Shown piece by piece: positions 1 to 12,000 of a stretch of DNA of 64,000 nucleotides; position 1 is the stretch's first letter; each line of letters opens with the position of its first letter. Made by a program: the position numbers and the translations under genes. Below the pieces are notes generated by a model. It was not told the DNA's origin. It made no database searches and was given only the letters and a program-made list of their open reading frames with translations. The stretch covers positions 10,079 through 74,078 of the forward strand of contig CAOVHW010000004.1 of the NCBI GenBank assembly GCA_948543815.1, read 5' to 3'. This DNA comes from an uncultured Eubacteriales bacterium (lineage in GTDB: Bacteria; Bacillota; Clostridia; Lachnospirales; CAMVHY01).

Positions 1-42
1 TTTTTTTATTTTATCTTCTTCTTTTTTTATTTTATCTTCTTC
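1..42 (-). repeat. In-frame 21-nt tandem repeat, 2 identical copies at the window edge, encoding EEDKIKK
   Basis: Positions 1-21 and 22-42 are both tttttttattttatcttcttc. The array may continue beyond the window. Confidence 0.8.
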
Positions 43-1689
43 TATTCTTATTTTTTCATTTTCACTTTCAATTTTATCAACTGGTGTTCTTTCTATATTT
101 AATTGTTTAAAATTGTTTATAATTGTTTCTAAATTTTTCTTATGGTTTTCTAAATTTTTTTTAGATTTTTTTAAATCATTTTTACGAATATCTTGCTCTA
201 TTTTAAGTTTTTCTATTTCATTTCTCTTACCTTCGTATTTTTTAAATGAGCACAAATAAAATAATGTTTTTATAGGAACTTGCAAACAAAGACAAATATA
301 AATATTTTTTATATTATTTTTTTCATCATTTTCATACATGAATTTTAACAATTCTATAATTCTTTGTTTTTCATCCGTTGAAGCTTTTGTTTCGAAATAT
401 TCGAATATTTTCTTAAAATCGTTTTCTTGAAATTCATTATTATTGTTTAAAAAAACAAATATATTTTTAAAATAAGAATTAAATATTTCATTATTTAAAT
501 TAAGATAAAAAGATGTAGTAAAAAAAATGTTTTTTAAAGAAATTAATTTTTTTTCAAAATTTGATTCTTCATTTTCTTCTTCTTCATTTTCTTCTTCTTC
601 ATTTTCTTCTTCTTCATTTTCTTCTTCTTCATTAATAAACTTTTCAAAATTTTGAATTGAAAATAAATTGATTAATTTTGATGCGTTTTTATCATTTATC
701 TTTAAAAATTTTTTTGATAATATAAATCCTAGCCTTTTATTACTATCAGAAAAGGATTCAGGAAGATTGAATACACTAAAATTTTTTTCCATAATTTTAT
801 CAAAAGCAGATAAATTTAGAAAATCAAATGAAAATAATTCATAAAAATCTTTGTGATTAAAAATATCATTCCATTGTTTTTCTGAAAAATTAATTTCTTT
901 ATTTTTATCTAAATAATTAATCAAACGCTTTAATTCTTCTAATGGTGTTGTTAATATAGAAATTTTTATTATCGATTTTTTTAAACTTTCGTCATCATTT
1001 ACAAAATAGTTAAAAATATTTGTTGGCGTTAATTCAATTTCAATTTTTTCTGTTAAGTTAATTACGTGTAAATAATATTCATATAATGATTTTTCTTTAC
1101 AATAGTCTAAAATAGTTGATAGTAATAAGTTATTCTCTAAAGTTTTATTTGAATTATCAGGAACTATATGCATTTGTTTAATTATGTTTAAAATATCATT
1201 ATTGTTTAATAATTCATCAGAATGTTTATTAATAAATTCAAGAAAAATTGTAATTAAATCATTTAATTTAATTTGACTTGAATGCTCATCTTTGCATGAT
1301 TTAAATAAATCTGCAAAATACGAAAAATTATCTTTGATATTTAAATTTTTTATTAAACATTCTTTTATTTCTAATAATGGGTTTTGAGATGTAAAATCGA
1401 ATATTTTACAAATAAATAATAATTTTTCTAAATTTGACGCATTATAATTTATTGTAGCTAAAATCAATAATTGCTTAAATTTTGTGTTTGGTCTTTCGGT
1501 AATTAAAGCGTTTTGTATGAAATTTTTAGAATTGGGTAATTCAGATTCAGATATATCTGCTTCCAAAAATTTAGACAAAAAGTTTTTAAATAGTCGATTT
1601 TTATAATCATTTTTAGTTGGGCCCTTTAAAATTATTTTTTTAAATTGATTCCAAGGAAATTTTAGTAAAAAATCAGTTTTTTTTTTGCG
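1..1689 (-). CDS. C-terminal continuation of giant paralog A. Partial: it runs off the left edge and is reachable from ORF 1662..4853 only by a -1 shift or an extra A.
   Basis: The minus-strand frame with codons at 3k-2..3k is open from 1689 to position 1 (about 560 codons, no stop) in very A+T-rich DNA. My hand translation reads FPWNQFKKIILKGPTKNDYKNRLFKNFLSKFLEADISE...FINEEEENEEEENEEEENEEEENEE...KIRIEEDKIKKEEDKIKK. The first in-frame ATG is about 160 codons in (1173..1171), and I see no Shine-Dalgarno-like run near the 5' end. It is missing from the ORF track because it has no stop inside the window. Confidence 0.6.
571..630 (-). repeat. In-frame 15-nt tandem repeat, 4 perfect copies, encoding (EEEEN)n
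   Basis: The plus-strand unit attttcttcttcttc occurs at 571-585, 586-600, 601-615 and 616-630. It lies inside the open minus-strand frame. Confidence 0.9.
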
Positions 1690-4600
1690 TTAATTGCAAT
1701 TCTTCCTTCATTTGTTGCATTAGGAATATTTAAATTTTTAAATTCATGATCAGGAAATTCCTCAATTCTCATTAATATAAAACTATATGTATTACCATCT
1801 TTATCATTTAATCCAAAATCATTAATTTGTTCTTTTGTAAAAAGATAAATATTTTTATCCATCATATTAGTGAAATCTTCAAAACCTTCAGCATCATTAG
1901 ATTTATCAGGATAAAGTTTTTTTAGTTCTTTCATATCAATCTTATTAATATAATCTTTATATAAATTTTTTGGTGCATATGAAAGTATAATTAATATTTT
2001 TTCATAATTTATATCATTTTCAAAAAAAGTTTTAATTTCTTTTTTGATATTTTCAGTTGTATCGTAAGTAAGTTCAATTTCATTAACATAAAATATTTTT
2101 ATTAAATTATTGCAAGAAAGTTCTTTCAAATTTTTTATGTTTAATAATTGTTGTAAAGAAAATTTTATTTTATGAGTTTCATTTTCTAATTTTTCTTTAA
2201 TTTTTTCTGATTTAATAAAAAACAAATTGATTATATTATTTAAGGCATTAATGGATAATATACTTGTATCAAATAATGCTATTAATTCCGGTAAATTATT
2301 TTCATTAAATATTTCATCAAACCCAATAAATTCTCTAATTTCATTTTCAAATAAATCATTTATGAAATCTGAGAAATTATTACTATGTTCTAAAATATAT
2401 TTAAACCCATTTAAACATCTTGCAATATTTTCTTCTGAATTGTTTTGGTTTATTAAAATTTCGGGCAAAAGATTTTTTTGTTCTATCGCGTAATTGTTGA
2501 TTTTAAAAACATCCAAATAAATATTGTTAAGGTTTCCCGCAGAACTTTCATTTAGTTTTTTTATAAATTCTATTTTTAATTCGTTTTTATTTTTAAAATC
2601 TTTATTAATGTTTACAATTATTAATTGTTCGATAGTAAATTTATCTAAATTTTTTTCAAAAAAAGTTAGATATTTATCAAATTTTTTTTCTTCGATTAAT
2701 TTTGTTTTTAAAGCTGTTATATTAATTTCTTTAATGAAGTCATTGCTTAAATCGAAATATGAATTTATTAAAGCTATTAAAATTTCCATTGAAATTTTTT
2801 GTGCTATATTAGGGCCTAATGAAGAAATTTGAGATTGAGTAAGTAAGAATTCATTTTTGCTGTCCATTAATTTTTCTTGCAAAATTTTTAAACAATATTC
2901 TTCTTTTATCTCATTTAATCTGATTTTTTTAAAATTGTTGTCGTCAATTAAATCAAATTTTGTATGCAATAAGTTTTCAATTAAATTATTTGTTAAAAAA
3001 CTGAAATCTAAAATTTTTATTTGCTTATGTGTAAAATGTGGAATTAAATTAATAATTATTTTTTCAAATCCTTCAAAATTAGAATTTAACATAAAACATG
3101 CTTGTAAATTTGCTATAGCCATAGGATTTATATAGGATGCAAATGAATAGCTATTTTTTATTTGTGCAGTTCCATTATAGTTTGTTAATAATGTAAAATG
3201 ATCTCCTTCATCCATATCTTTAATATTTTGTATTGTTAATTCTTCAAACTTTGACATAGGAATAAAAGCTAATTTATGAACATCTTTTTTTATCCAATCA
3301 AAATGTGCATTAAACAAATTAAGTAATGCTTGTTGGGAAAGATCAGGATAAGAATTAGCCTCTAACTGATTAAATTGGTCTTCATTTTTAAAAGTTTTAT
3401 TGTTTTCAAGTGCATTATTAATGTTTTCTAAGTTTGCATTTCTTGGTATATATTTATCGTCAAATGTTAAACATTCACATAGAAAATCTAATGATATACC
3501 TACGCCATAATTTGTAGGAACTTTGTAAGCGTTATTTATTTTTTGAGCTCCAAAAATTTCTGTTCTACTATCTTCTGTATCAGTTAAATCTGTATCTGTT
3601 AATTTCTGAGTTATGTTACACTCAATTTTTTCTAACGTTTCTATAATTTCATTAATGCTAAGATTTGAATTGGATCCAATGTAATCAGTAAGATAATCTA
3701 GTAAACATTTTTTTATCACAGATGTTAAAGGTAAGTAAAAAAATAAATTTTTTCCTATAAAACCGTCTCCAAATGTTCTATCTTTTTTATCAAAATAATT
3801 AATAATAATTTGTGTTTCATGATCAATTTCTATAAATGAATTAAAAATACTTTCTATTAAATCAATTATTTGCTTTACGAATTCTGCACTTAATTCAATG
3901 TTTGTACTTTGATAAATTGAATTTATAAGAAAAATATATATTTGTTTATAATTTCCTGGAGAATCTAATGAAATATTAAGCAAATCGCTGTGATTATTTT
4001 TTATATCTTCCTTTAAGTTTAAAAAATTTCGAAGCATTGTCGTTCTTATATTTATTGGTGAATTTAAATTCATTAAAGCAATTGTATGCATAGTAGATTG
4101 TAGTATATAACTGCCATGCCAAAGTGTTTTTGCATCATTTATGCTTGGATTGAATTTTGCTTTAAATCTATTATTTATTATATCTGCTTCTGTGTTGCCA
4201 GTAGTATTAGGATGATTAATCCAAGTTTTAAGTGTTACAGAACCGTCTATATGAGCAGAACGAGTTATTGGATTACGACAATTCAAATTTATACCAGTGT
4301 CACGAATAAATAGTGATACGAGATCTGAGTTTGGATCTATTATTATTTGCCAATCGTCGTAATCTTTATAACCAACTGAATTAAGAGCCAAAGTTTTATT
4401 TTTAGATGAAATTTTTTCAATAGCAGAAAAAACATTACGTTCAGGCATAATAATGTTTTCTACGGGTACATCTTTGGATATACCTTGGGATTTAACTTGA
4501 TAATATTTGTTAAAAATATCACTAATATCTTTCATTACATTTATAATTTTTATTTCATCTTCAGAGAAATTATTTTTACTGCTTTCAAAATAACGTATAT

Positions 4601-4853
4601 ATGTATTAAATAAGTCTATATAACTTATGTTAGGAGCATCTTTTCTATGACAGCCAACATTAATTGCAGTTCTTGATTGACAAGTATTTACTTGAGACAT
4701 ACAAATAATTTTATCATTAGATTGAGAAAGAATTTTTAATTGAACTATTGGGATAATAAATAAAGTCCCAACGTCTCCATTTTTTTGTTTCATCATTATA
4801 TTTGTACAAAATGTTTTTGGATTTAAACTGTTTAAATTTATTCTTTCACTCAT
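1662..4853 (-). CDS. Giant-protein paralog A, conserved N-terminal module (1063 aa as it stands). Function unknown.
   Basis: Long ORF. It is collinear with the first ~1050 aa of the 3319-aa ORF. Shared blocks include PIVQL, VNTCQ(S/T)RT, APNxxYIDxxNTYI, DHETQ, DGRTF/DRTF, FIGKNxFxYxPL, FNEIIExxxKxEC, FDWI(K/R)KD and VFKINNY(A/T)IQEKN. RBS GGAAGTGA lies 5 nt before the ATG. There is no N-terminal signal-like hydrophobic stretch. Confidence 0.85.
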   Translation of the reverse strand: MSERINLNSLNPKTFCTNIMMKQKNGDVGTLFIIPIVQLKILSQSNDKIICMSQVNTCQSRTAINVGCHRKDAPNISYIDLFNTYIRYFESSKNNFSEDEIKIINVMKDISDIFNKYYQVKSQGISKDVPVENIIMPERNVFSAIEKISSKNKTLALNSVGYKDYDDWQIIIDPNSDLVSLFIRDTGINLNCRNPITRSAHIDGSVTLKTWINHPNTTGNTEADIINNRFKAKFNPSINDAKTLWHGSYILQSTMHTIALMNLNSPINIRTTMLRNFLNLKEDIKNNHSDLLNISLDSPGNYKQIYIFLINSIYQSTNIELSAEFVKQIIDLIESIFNSFIEIDHETQIIINYFDKKDRTFGDGFIGKNLFFYLPLTSVIKKCLLDYLTDYIGSNSNLSINEIIETLEKIECNITQKLTDTDLTDTEDSRTEIFGAQKINNAYKVPTNYGVGISLDFLCECLTFDDKYIPRNANLENINNALENNKTFKNEDQFNQLEANSYPDLSQQALLNLFNAHFDWIKKDVHKLAFIPMSKFEELTIQNIKDMDEGDHFTLLTNYNGTAQIKNSYSFASYINPMAIANLQACFMLNSNFEGFEKIIINLIPHFTHKQIKILDFSFLTNNLIENLLHTKFDLIDDNNFKKIRLNEIKEEYCLKILQEKLMDSKNEFLLTQSQISSLGPNIAQKISMEILIALINSYFDLSNDFIKEINITALKTKLIEEKKFDKYLTFFEKNLDKFTIEQLIIVNINKDFKNKNELKIEFIKKLNESSAGNLNNIYLDVFKINNYAIEQKNLLPEILINQNNSEENIARCLNGFKYILEHSNNFSDFINDLFENEIREFIGFDEIFNENNLPELIALFDTSILSINALNNIINLFFIKSEKIKEKLENETHKIKFSLQQLLNIKNLKELSCNNLIKIFYVNEIELTYDTTENIKKEIKTFFENDINYEKILIILSYAPKNLYKDYINKIDMKELKKLYPDKSNDAEGFEDFTNMMDKNIYLFTKEQINDFGLNDKDGNTYSFILMRIEEFPDHEFKNLNIPNATNEGRIAINAKKKLIFY

Positions 4854-4996
4854 ACTATCACTTCCAAATTGTGAGTTTATAATTTCTTATTATTAGATTA
4901 TCATAAAAATATAAAAAATACAAGTATAATTTTATTTCACTTTAAATGATATTGATATAATTACTATAATGATATAATAAAAAAAGGTGAATAAAA

Positions 4997-6055
4997 GTGA
5001 ATAAATTTGAACGCGTTAAAAAATTTATGCAGCAAAAAAATATTAACCAAATAATTATAACTGATCCGTTTGATATTTTTTATCTTACGGAACAATTAAT
5101 TGATCCAGGTGAAAGATTTTTCGGTATGTATTTAAATTGTAATGGCACAAAAAAAATTTTAGTGAATGAATTGTTTAAGTTAAAAGATATTGATGATATT
5201 GAAATTTTTTATTATACCGATTCTGATGACCCAATAAAAATTTTAGCGAGTATGTTAAAAAATGAATCACTGTTAGTTGATAAAAATTTTCCTGCAAGAT
5301 TTTTATTGCCACTTATGAATTTTTGTGATGTCAAATATTTTGTTAGCGATGTCTTGGAATATGTACGTTTAATAAAAGATACGGACGAGATAAATTTAAT
5401 GCGGCGTTCTTCATATTTGAGTGATCACGCAATGAATTTACTTGTTGCAAATATTTATGAAGGGCAAAGCGAATTAGAATTGGTAGAAATTTTAAAAGAT
5501 ATAAAGAAAAAATTAGAGCTTGATGCATTTTCATTTGAACCGATAATTGCATTTGGCGGGAATGCGGTAGAGCCTCATCATATTCCAAATAAAACAAAAT
5601 TAAAGCCAGGGGATTGTATCGTAATTGATATCGGTTTTGTAAAAGACAATTATTGTTCAGATATGACGCGGACATTTTTTTATAGATATGCAACGGATTT
5701 TGATAAAAAAATTTATGATATTGTATTGCAAGCAAATTTGGCGGCAATAAATAAAGTTAAGCCGGGCGTAAAATTTTGTGATATAGATTTAGCTGCAAGA
5801 AATTTTATAAAAGATAATGGATATGAAAAAAATTTTATCCATACAACTGGACATTCAATTGGATTACAATGTCATGAATTTGGGACAGTCAGTTTTCGTA
5901 ATCATGACACAATAAAACCGGGTATGATTTTTTCAATCGAACCCGGAATATATTTGAAAAATAAAATTGGCGTACGTATAGAAGATTTGATTTTGGTAAC
6001 TGATAATGGCTACGAAATTTTAAATAATTATCCGAAAAAATTACGAATAATATAA
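4997..6055 (+). CDS. pepP: Xaa-Pro aminopeptidase/dipeptidase, peptidase family M24B
   Basis: 352 aa with the M24 metal-ligand context: DIGFVKDNYCSDMTRTF, HTTGHSIGLQCHE, FSIEPGIY and VRIEDLILVT. GTG start with AAAGGTGA upstream. Confidence 0.85.
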   Translation: MNKFERVKKFMQQKNINQIIITDPFDIFYLTEQLIDPGERFFGMYLNCNGTKKILVNELFKLKDIDDIEIFYYTDSDDPIKILASMLKNESLLVDKNFPARFLLPLMNFCDVKYFVSDVLEYVRLIKDTDEINLMRRSSYLSDHAMNLLVANIYEGQSELELVEILKDIKKKLELDAFSFEPIIAFGGNAVEPHHIPNKTKLKPGDCIVIDIGFVKDNYCSDMTRTFFYRYATDFDKKIYDIVLQANLAAINKVKPGVKFCDIDLAARNFIKDNGYEKNFIHTTGHSIGLQCHEFGTVSFRNHDTIKPGMIFSIEPGIYLKNKIGVRIEDLILVTDNGYEILNNYPKKLRII

Positions 6056-6059
6056 AAAA

Positions 6060-6087
6060 AACGGTGAAACTATCAAGGTTCACCGTT
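6060..6087. terminator. Candidate bidirectional hairpin between the convergent pepP and giant gene B
   Basis: acggtgaa (6061-6068) pairs with ttcaccgt (6079-6086) around a 10-nt loop. An A-run lies upstream and ttttcttttt lies downstream. The hairpin overlaps the last codons of the 3319-aa ORF. Confidence 0.5.
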
Positions 6088-9000
6088 TTCTTTTTGTGTT
6101 TTTGATTTTGTTTCTGAATCGCCAAGTTGTGGAATTTCTTCCTCATTACTAAAATTTTTATTTTCCGTTTTATTGAAAAGAGAAGAACGCTCATTTGAAT
6201 TTTCAGTTGACATTTCATGTTCAGAGTTTTTTACTGAACTTTTTTCTGATTTATTATTTATTATTTTAATTGCAGACGGAGTAATCGAAGCTACAGCAGC
6301 AGCGAAGAAAGTTGAAAGCAAAGAAATTCCAAGAATTTGTCCTATAATAGGGAGCGCAAAAGTTAGTATTGTAATTACAATTGCAGTTATTGCAAATACA
6401 ATTCCTAAAGCTAAAGTAATAAATGGCCAAATAATTTTATTATTTAATTTTTGGTTTTTAAATTTTTGTTTATAATTTATATTTTTTTCATTTGGATCAT
6501 CTGGATTTTTTACAATTTTTTGCTCAGCTTCTTTTTCGGCCATACGTTCGGCTTCTTCTTTAGTTTTGCGTTCAGCTTCTTCTCTAGCTTTGCGTTCGGC
6601 TTCTTCTCTAGTTTTGCGTTCAGCTTCTTCTCTAGCTTTGCGTTCGGCTTCTTCTTTAGTTTTGCGCTCAGCTTCTTCTTTAGCTTTGCGTTCGGCTTCT
6701 TCTTTGGTTTTGCGCTCAGCTTCTTCTTTAGCTTTGCGTTCGGCTTCTTCTTTAGTTTTGCGCTCAGCTTCTTCTTTAGCTTTTTCTTCGATTAATTTTT
6801 TATTTTTAAATTCCTGTGATTTTGAACGCGTTAACTTTTTTGTTTTTGGGATAATTTCGTCAAATAATAGTTTATCTTGAATTTTATATATTTTATTTTT
6901 TAATTCATTAATTCTTTCAGATTTTTGACTCGCGTTTTTAATTGTTTCCGATATTTCGTAAAGAATGTTTAATGAGATATAATTCCTATTTTGTAATATA
7001 GCTTCATAATTATCATCAAGATAACTATTTGCAATATTAATATATTTATCAATATCATTTTCTTCTAATTTTATATTATCACAATAAATCAATAAGAGTA
7101 TTTTTTCATTATAATTATTATTGCTTAAATCGTAATTATTATCATTTGACATAAACATTTTTTCAATATGCAAGTTTTTATAATATTCATCATCAAAAGT
7201 TATAGTTATCTTATTAAATATATAAGAAGACAATTCTTTGAAATCTTTATTATTAATTATATTATTTAACTGAATTTTGGTTAGAAAGAAATCTTCTTTC
7301 TTTCCTTCTCGTTGTTCTTCTTCCTCTTCTTCTCGTTGTTCTTCTTCCTCTTTTTCTTGTTGTTCCTTTTGTTGTTCACAAAACGCGTTAGCAATAATAA
7401 TTGCATTTTCTATAGTTGCAATTGAAAAATTATTTGTATTAAATACTGTCATTAATTTAGAAATGCTATTTTCATCTAAAAATTCAAGGATTTCTTTATT
7501 GACTAAATGTGCTTCTTGTTTTTTATCGTACTCAACTAATTTTATATTGTTAAGATTCAAGAATTCAAATATATTTTTAGAAAAATTTTCGTATGTTAAA
7601 TTATCACTAGAGTTGTCACTTAACGAATTTTTTTTACACGTATAATGAAAAGCATAAAATAAAAAATTAATGATTTGATCTTGATATAATTCCTTTAAAA
7701 TAAAATCAGAACTTTTGCGTTGAATATCTTCATTTTTATTAATAACAAATAAAGCAATTAAATCGCTTAATGTTTTTATATTTTTTAAATTTGAGTGTTC
7801 CTCGGCAAATATTAAAAAATCATTATTAAAAAATTGTCCGAAAAACTGCCTACAATCTTCATTCTTACAATATTTAATGAAATTATTAAAACTTAATTCT
7901 GATAATTGAAATAAAATTTGTTTAAAAAGAATTTTTCTATTATCTGCATAACAAGAATTTTCAAAAAAATCAGAACCAAATAAACTATCAGAAAAATATA
8001 TTTCTTTATTGTAATATTCAATATGTTCTAGTATATATTTTAAACAAAATCTTGATATAAAACAAATTGTGCTAAGTTCAACATTAAAGTAGAGTTCCGA
8101 ATCCGAATCCACAATTTTTTTAAAAATTTCTTCCCAAATGATTTCAAAAAGAGGATCATGACCTTGTCGAAAGTTATAAAAATCGATATAATTTAATTTT
8201 TTAAATTCAGCTGCATATTGATAATTTTCGCCTAGAAATATTATTTCGTTTAAATCATTTTTGAAATTTGGATTTTTTTCAAAAAATAAATGCAAATTTT
8301 TATAAATAGAATCATATGTTCTGCATATAATTTTTATATTGCCATCATTGCCATCTTCAGTATAAGTTTCAAAATAAGTAATTATACCGATATTCTTTAT
8401 TAAATCTTTAGTGAATTCTTCTTCATCAAATGAAAATATGTCATTAATAATGTTAATAACGTTGTAAAATCCTATATTATAGGATTTATTATCAGGTTCA
8501 TCATAGAGTTTATTAATTATATTATAAAAATTATTTATAATATCTTGGGTTAAATTTTTAAGTGGATTAAGTATACTTTTAGAAATAAAAGATTTACGAT
8601 CTTTTTTTAGACGAATACTTTTGGTAATTTTATTTTTTATTTCAAATATTGTTGTTGAAATTTTTTCTCTAATATTTTGTTCCATTTTTTTAGTTAGTAT
8701 TTTGGAAAATGGCAAATAAATTTTATTCTCAATCGTACTTTCATTAATATCATTAGGGAAATAAATTTCTTCTAATTGTTCATTCAAATCTTTATAAACA
8801 TCCGTAAAACAATTATATGAATAAAATTCAGTTAAAAAACATATCATCAAAGTTTGAAGATTAGATGAAAATTTATCTATATTTTCCTCCTTAAACTGGT
8901 TATTTGCAAAAGATAAAATTGCAGAATTAATATTTTCAATTAAACTAATATAATAATTTTTGTTTTTCATATAAAAGTTTATGTTAGTTAAATCAATTTT

Positions 9001-12000
9001 TTCAGAATTTAAACGAATATTTTCTTCAATCATATCAAATAAAGAAATAAATTTTTGTTCTTTATGTAAATAAAATTCGCCAAAAATATATGCCAACTCC
9101 TCGTTTGATATTGAATCGAAATATTTCTTTTTAATTTTTTTAATATCATCGATATTCAAACGATTAATACGAAAGTGGTCATATAATAAAAGTTTTTTTT
9201 CGTAATCCTGAAAATTGGAGATGCCAATAAAATTATCTAAAAATTTATATAAAAAATCGAACAAAACATTTTCGTGAATATTAAAAATATCTTTTTCATT
9301 GTTATAAAATTCTTGAAAAAAAAATCCCAAATTAGCAAATAATTCTTTTGGAGCAGAAACTAATTTTTCTTCTATAAAGTAATTTATTTTTTTAATAAAT
9401 AAATTCATATTTTTTGAATAAAATTTAATAATACCTTTAAGGAGATTACTACCACTCTCAAAATCAATTGCCCAAAGTATTCTTAAAGGTAATTGACAAA
9501 AATAATTTATTTTTTCATCCAAATCTGTAATATCATTGAAAAAAAGGCTTGGTTTTAAATTACACGGCAAATCCATACAATTTAATTTATTTGATAGATC
9601 ATTATTTGTAAAGATTATATTTCCATTATCATTTTTTTTGAAAAGATCAGTAAAAGAAATAATAGAAATTATATTTTCTTTTATTATTTCTTGTATATCA
9701 TTAGAATTCATCTTATTTTGATAGATGAACAACAAATCATTTATATATACTTTATTTATAAATTCATATTTTAAAAGCAAAAATTTTTTGGTAATAAATG
9801 TTTTATGCATATATTGATTATTATGTTTATTCCAATCAAAATAGTCATTAAGAATATTTTTGAATTTATCATTTTTAATTTTTGTTAATTCTGACAAAAG
9901 AATTTCTAACGGTTGCAAATTTAACATAAATAAATTTTTGTTTTTCAATATATAAAATACTTGTTCTTCGTTAAAATTACATAATTTATTTTTTTCGTGA
10001 ATTATTTGCAAAAAATTAAAACTTAAATTTTCTGTATTTAAATAATATAAAAAATGCCAATTGGATTTAAGCGCATGTTTAAAGAATTTACTTGTTTCAT
10101 TATTGAAATTTGGCCATTGAAATTTATTTATAGAGATTATTTTTAACATATTATTTGGGCAATAAAAATTATTCGAATAAATATAATTTATCATTTTAAC
10201 AAAATTTTCTTTATCTAATTCTTGCCTATTTTTATCGGTAATATAAATATTGAAGTCAGTATTACTATCAAATAAATTTGTTAATATATTTATTATATTT
10301 TTATTTTTATTTTTGTTTTCATTTAAATATTCTATTACATTCCAAAAATTATTGTAGAAAAAATTTTTAAATATTTCCTCGGTTTCTGAATTGTTTTGGT
10401 TTTCATCATTAATAATCAATGCAAATAAAGTTTGATTTTTTTGGGGATTATAAAAGTTTTTTTGAAAAGATTTTTCCATTAATATACTATTTATTAAATT
10501 AAAAGGTAATAAATTAACACAATTTATTGTGTAATTTAAATCATACCCTTCTTTTAATTCCAAATTGAATTTGGTATTTTTTTTAATTTCCAAGCTTTTT
10601 ATTTGTTCAAGGTATTTTTTGAGATGTTCATTTTTTAAAATTACTTTGTTAGTTTCGTCAAATTCACAGCTTGCAAAAAGACGGTTTATACAAATTTGTG
10701 TACATTTTTCAAAACTATAAGCTTCAGAAAGTTGCAATATATTAAGATCATTTTCGTGTTTAGAAATAATATTAATAAAAAAAATTTTTCCATCGTATTC
10801 ATTTTTTATAAATGATTTAAATTTAAAAGGTGAATTGCAAAAATCACGAATTTGCCATATATCATTTTTCGAAAATTTATCTAAAAAAAGTCCTAAATAA
10901 AGTAATACTAATTTTTGTTGAATGTAATTATCATTTGAGGGTGAAGCTTCAAAAATATCATAAAAATAGTTTAATTCTTCTATTTTATCATTATTTAAAG
11001 AGCAAAAATGATAAAATTCTTCGATTGATAATAATTGCAATAAATCATTTTTACGCTTAAAGTTTATCAATTCATCTGTGTTGAATTTTGCTTCTGAGAT
11101 TTTTTTAAAATTTTCATTTGATAATTTTTCAATATTTAATTTTATGAAATCATAAAATTGTCCCTGAATTGCATTATTGGAAATATATTCTTTAGGCAAG
11201 TTATGTATAAAATTGTAAAATGATTCAATAAAATAATTAAATTCGCTTTTTTCATAATTGTTTGCTACTGAAATTTTATCAAGATCTTTTATATATATAA
11301 GGAACAATTCACAAATATTATCGTTTATTTTAGAATTAAATATGAATTTTAATAAAATAAATGGTTCAATATTAAGTTTATCAATATCTTTTCTTATTTC
11401 TTGAATATTACTGTTTTGATTGAGAGCAATTAATTTTTCACAAAACGCAATTTTAAGGTTAGCGTAAGTATTTGCTCCCGTCGGAATATATTTAATTATT
11501 TGATGTAAATGATTATATTCTAATTGATCAACCTTTTTATCCTTTAAAATAGTCCATAATTGATTTTCTGAAAATTGAATATCAGTAGATAATTGGTCTA
11601 TTATGTTTTTTAATTTTTCTAATTCTATTGTTTTTATATCGATAATGTTAATTATTGTTTTTATACTTTCGGAATAATTGGAGAAATATTTTAATATTTC
11701 GTTATAGCTACAATTGATTTCAATAGCTCTTATTATTTCAAATATTATATAATTAATATCAAAATCGAATGTTTTATTTTGGTTGAAATAATTCATGAGA
11801 TTAAATAAAAGTTCTTTTATTTTTAATATGTTTTTATTTTTTTTATCGTCAATATTATTATCATTGTTGTTTTTTATTTTTTTGAATTTATTCAAAGATT
11901 CGCTTTTGTTGCTTTCATCTGACAATTCATTTTTTAATTTTTTAATTATAGTTTCGAAAAATTCAAGTAAAATTTTGTGTTTTGAGTCTGATTCTTCTGT

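Noticed and set aside
6527-6790. Regular 24-nt repeats as a possible CRISPR array
   Set aside because: The units are contiguous with no spacers, lie in frame within a 10-kb ORF, and encode a charged peptide repeat. No cas genes are present in the window.
6451-6880. Plus-strand ORFs 6451..6795 (FFSSFAFGFF...) and 6566..6880 (LRSASSLAL...)
   Set aside because: They are low-complexity mirror-frame artefacts of the 24-nt coding repeat in the 3319-aa minus-strand gene. The same applies to the other short plus-strand ORFs inside 1662..16032.
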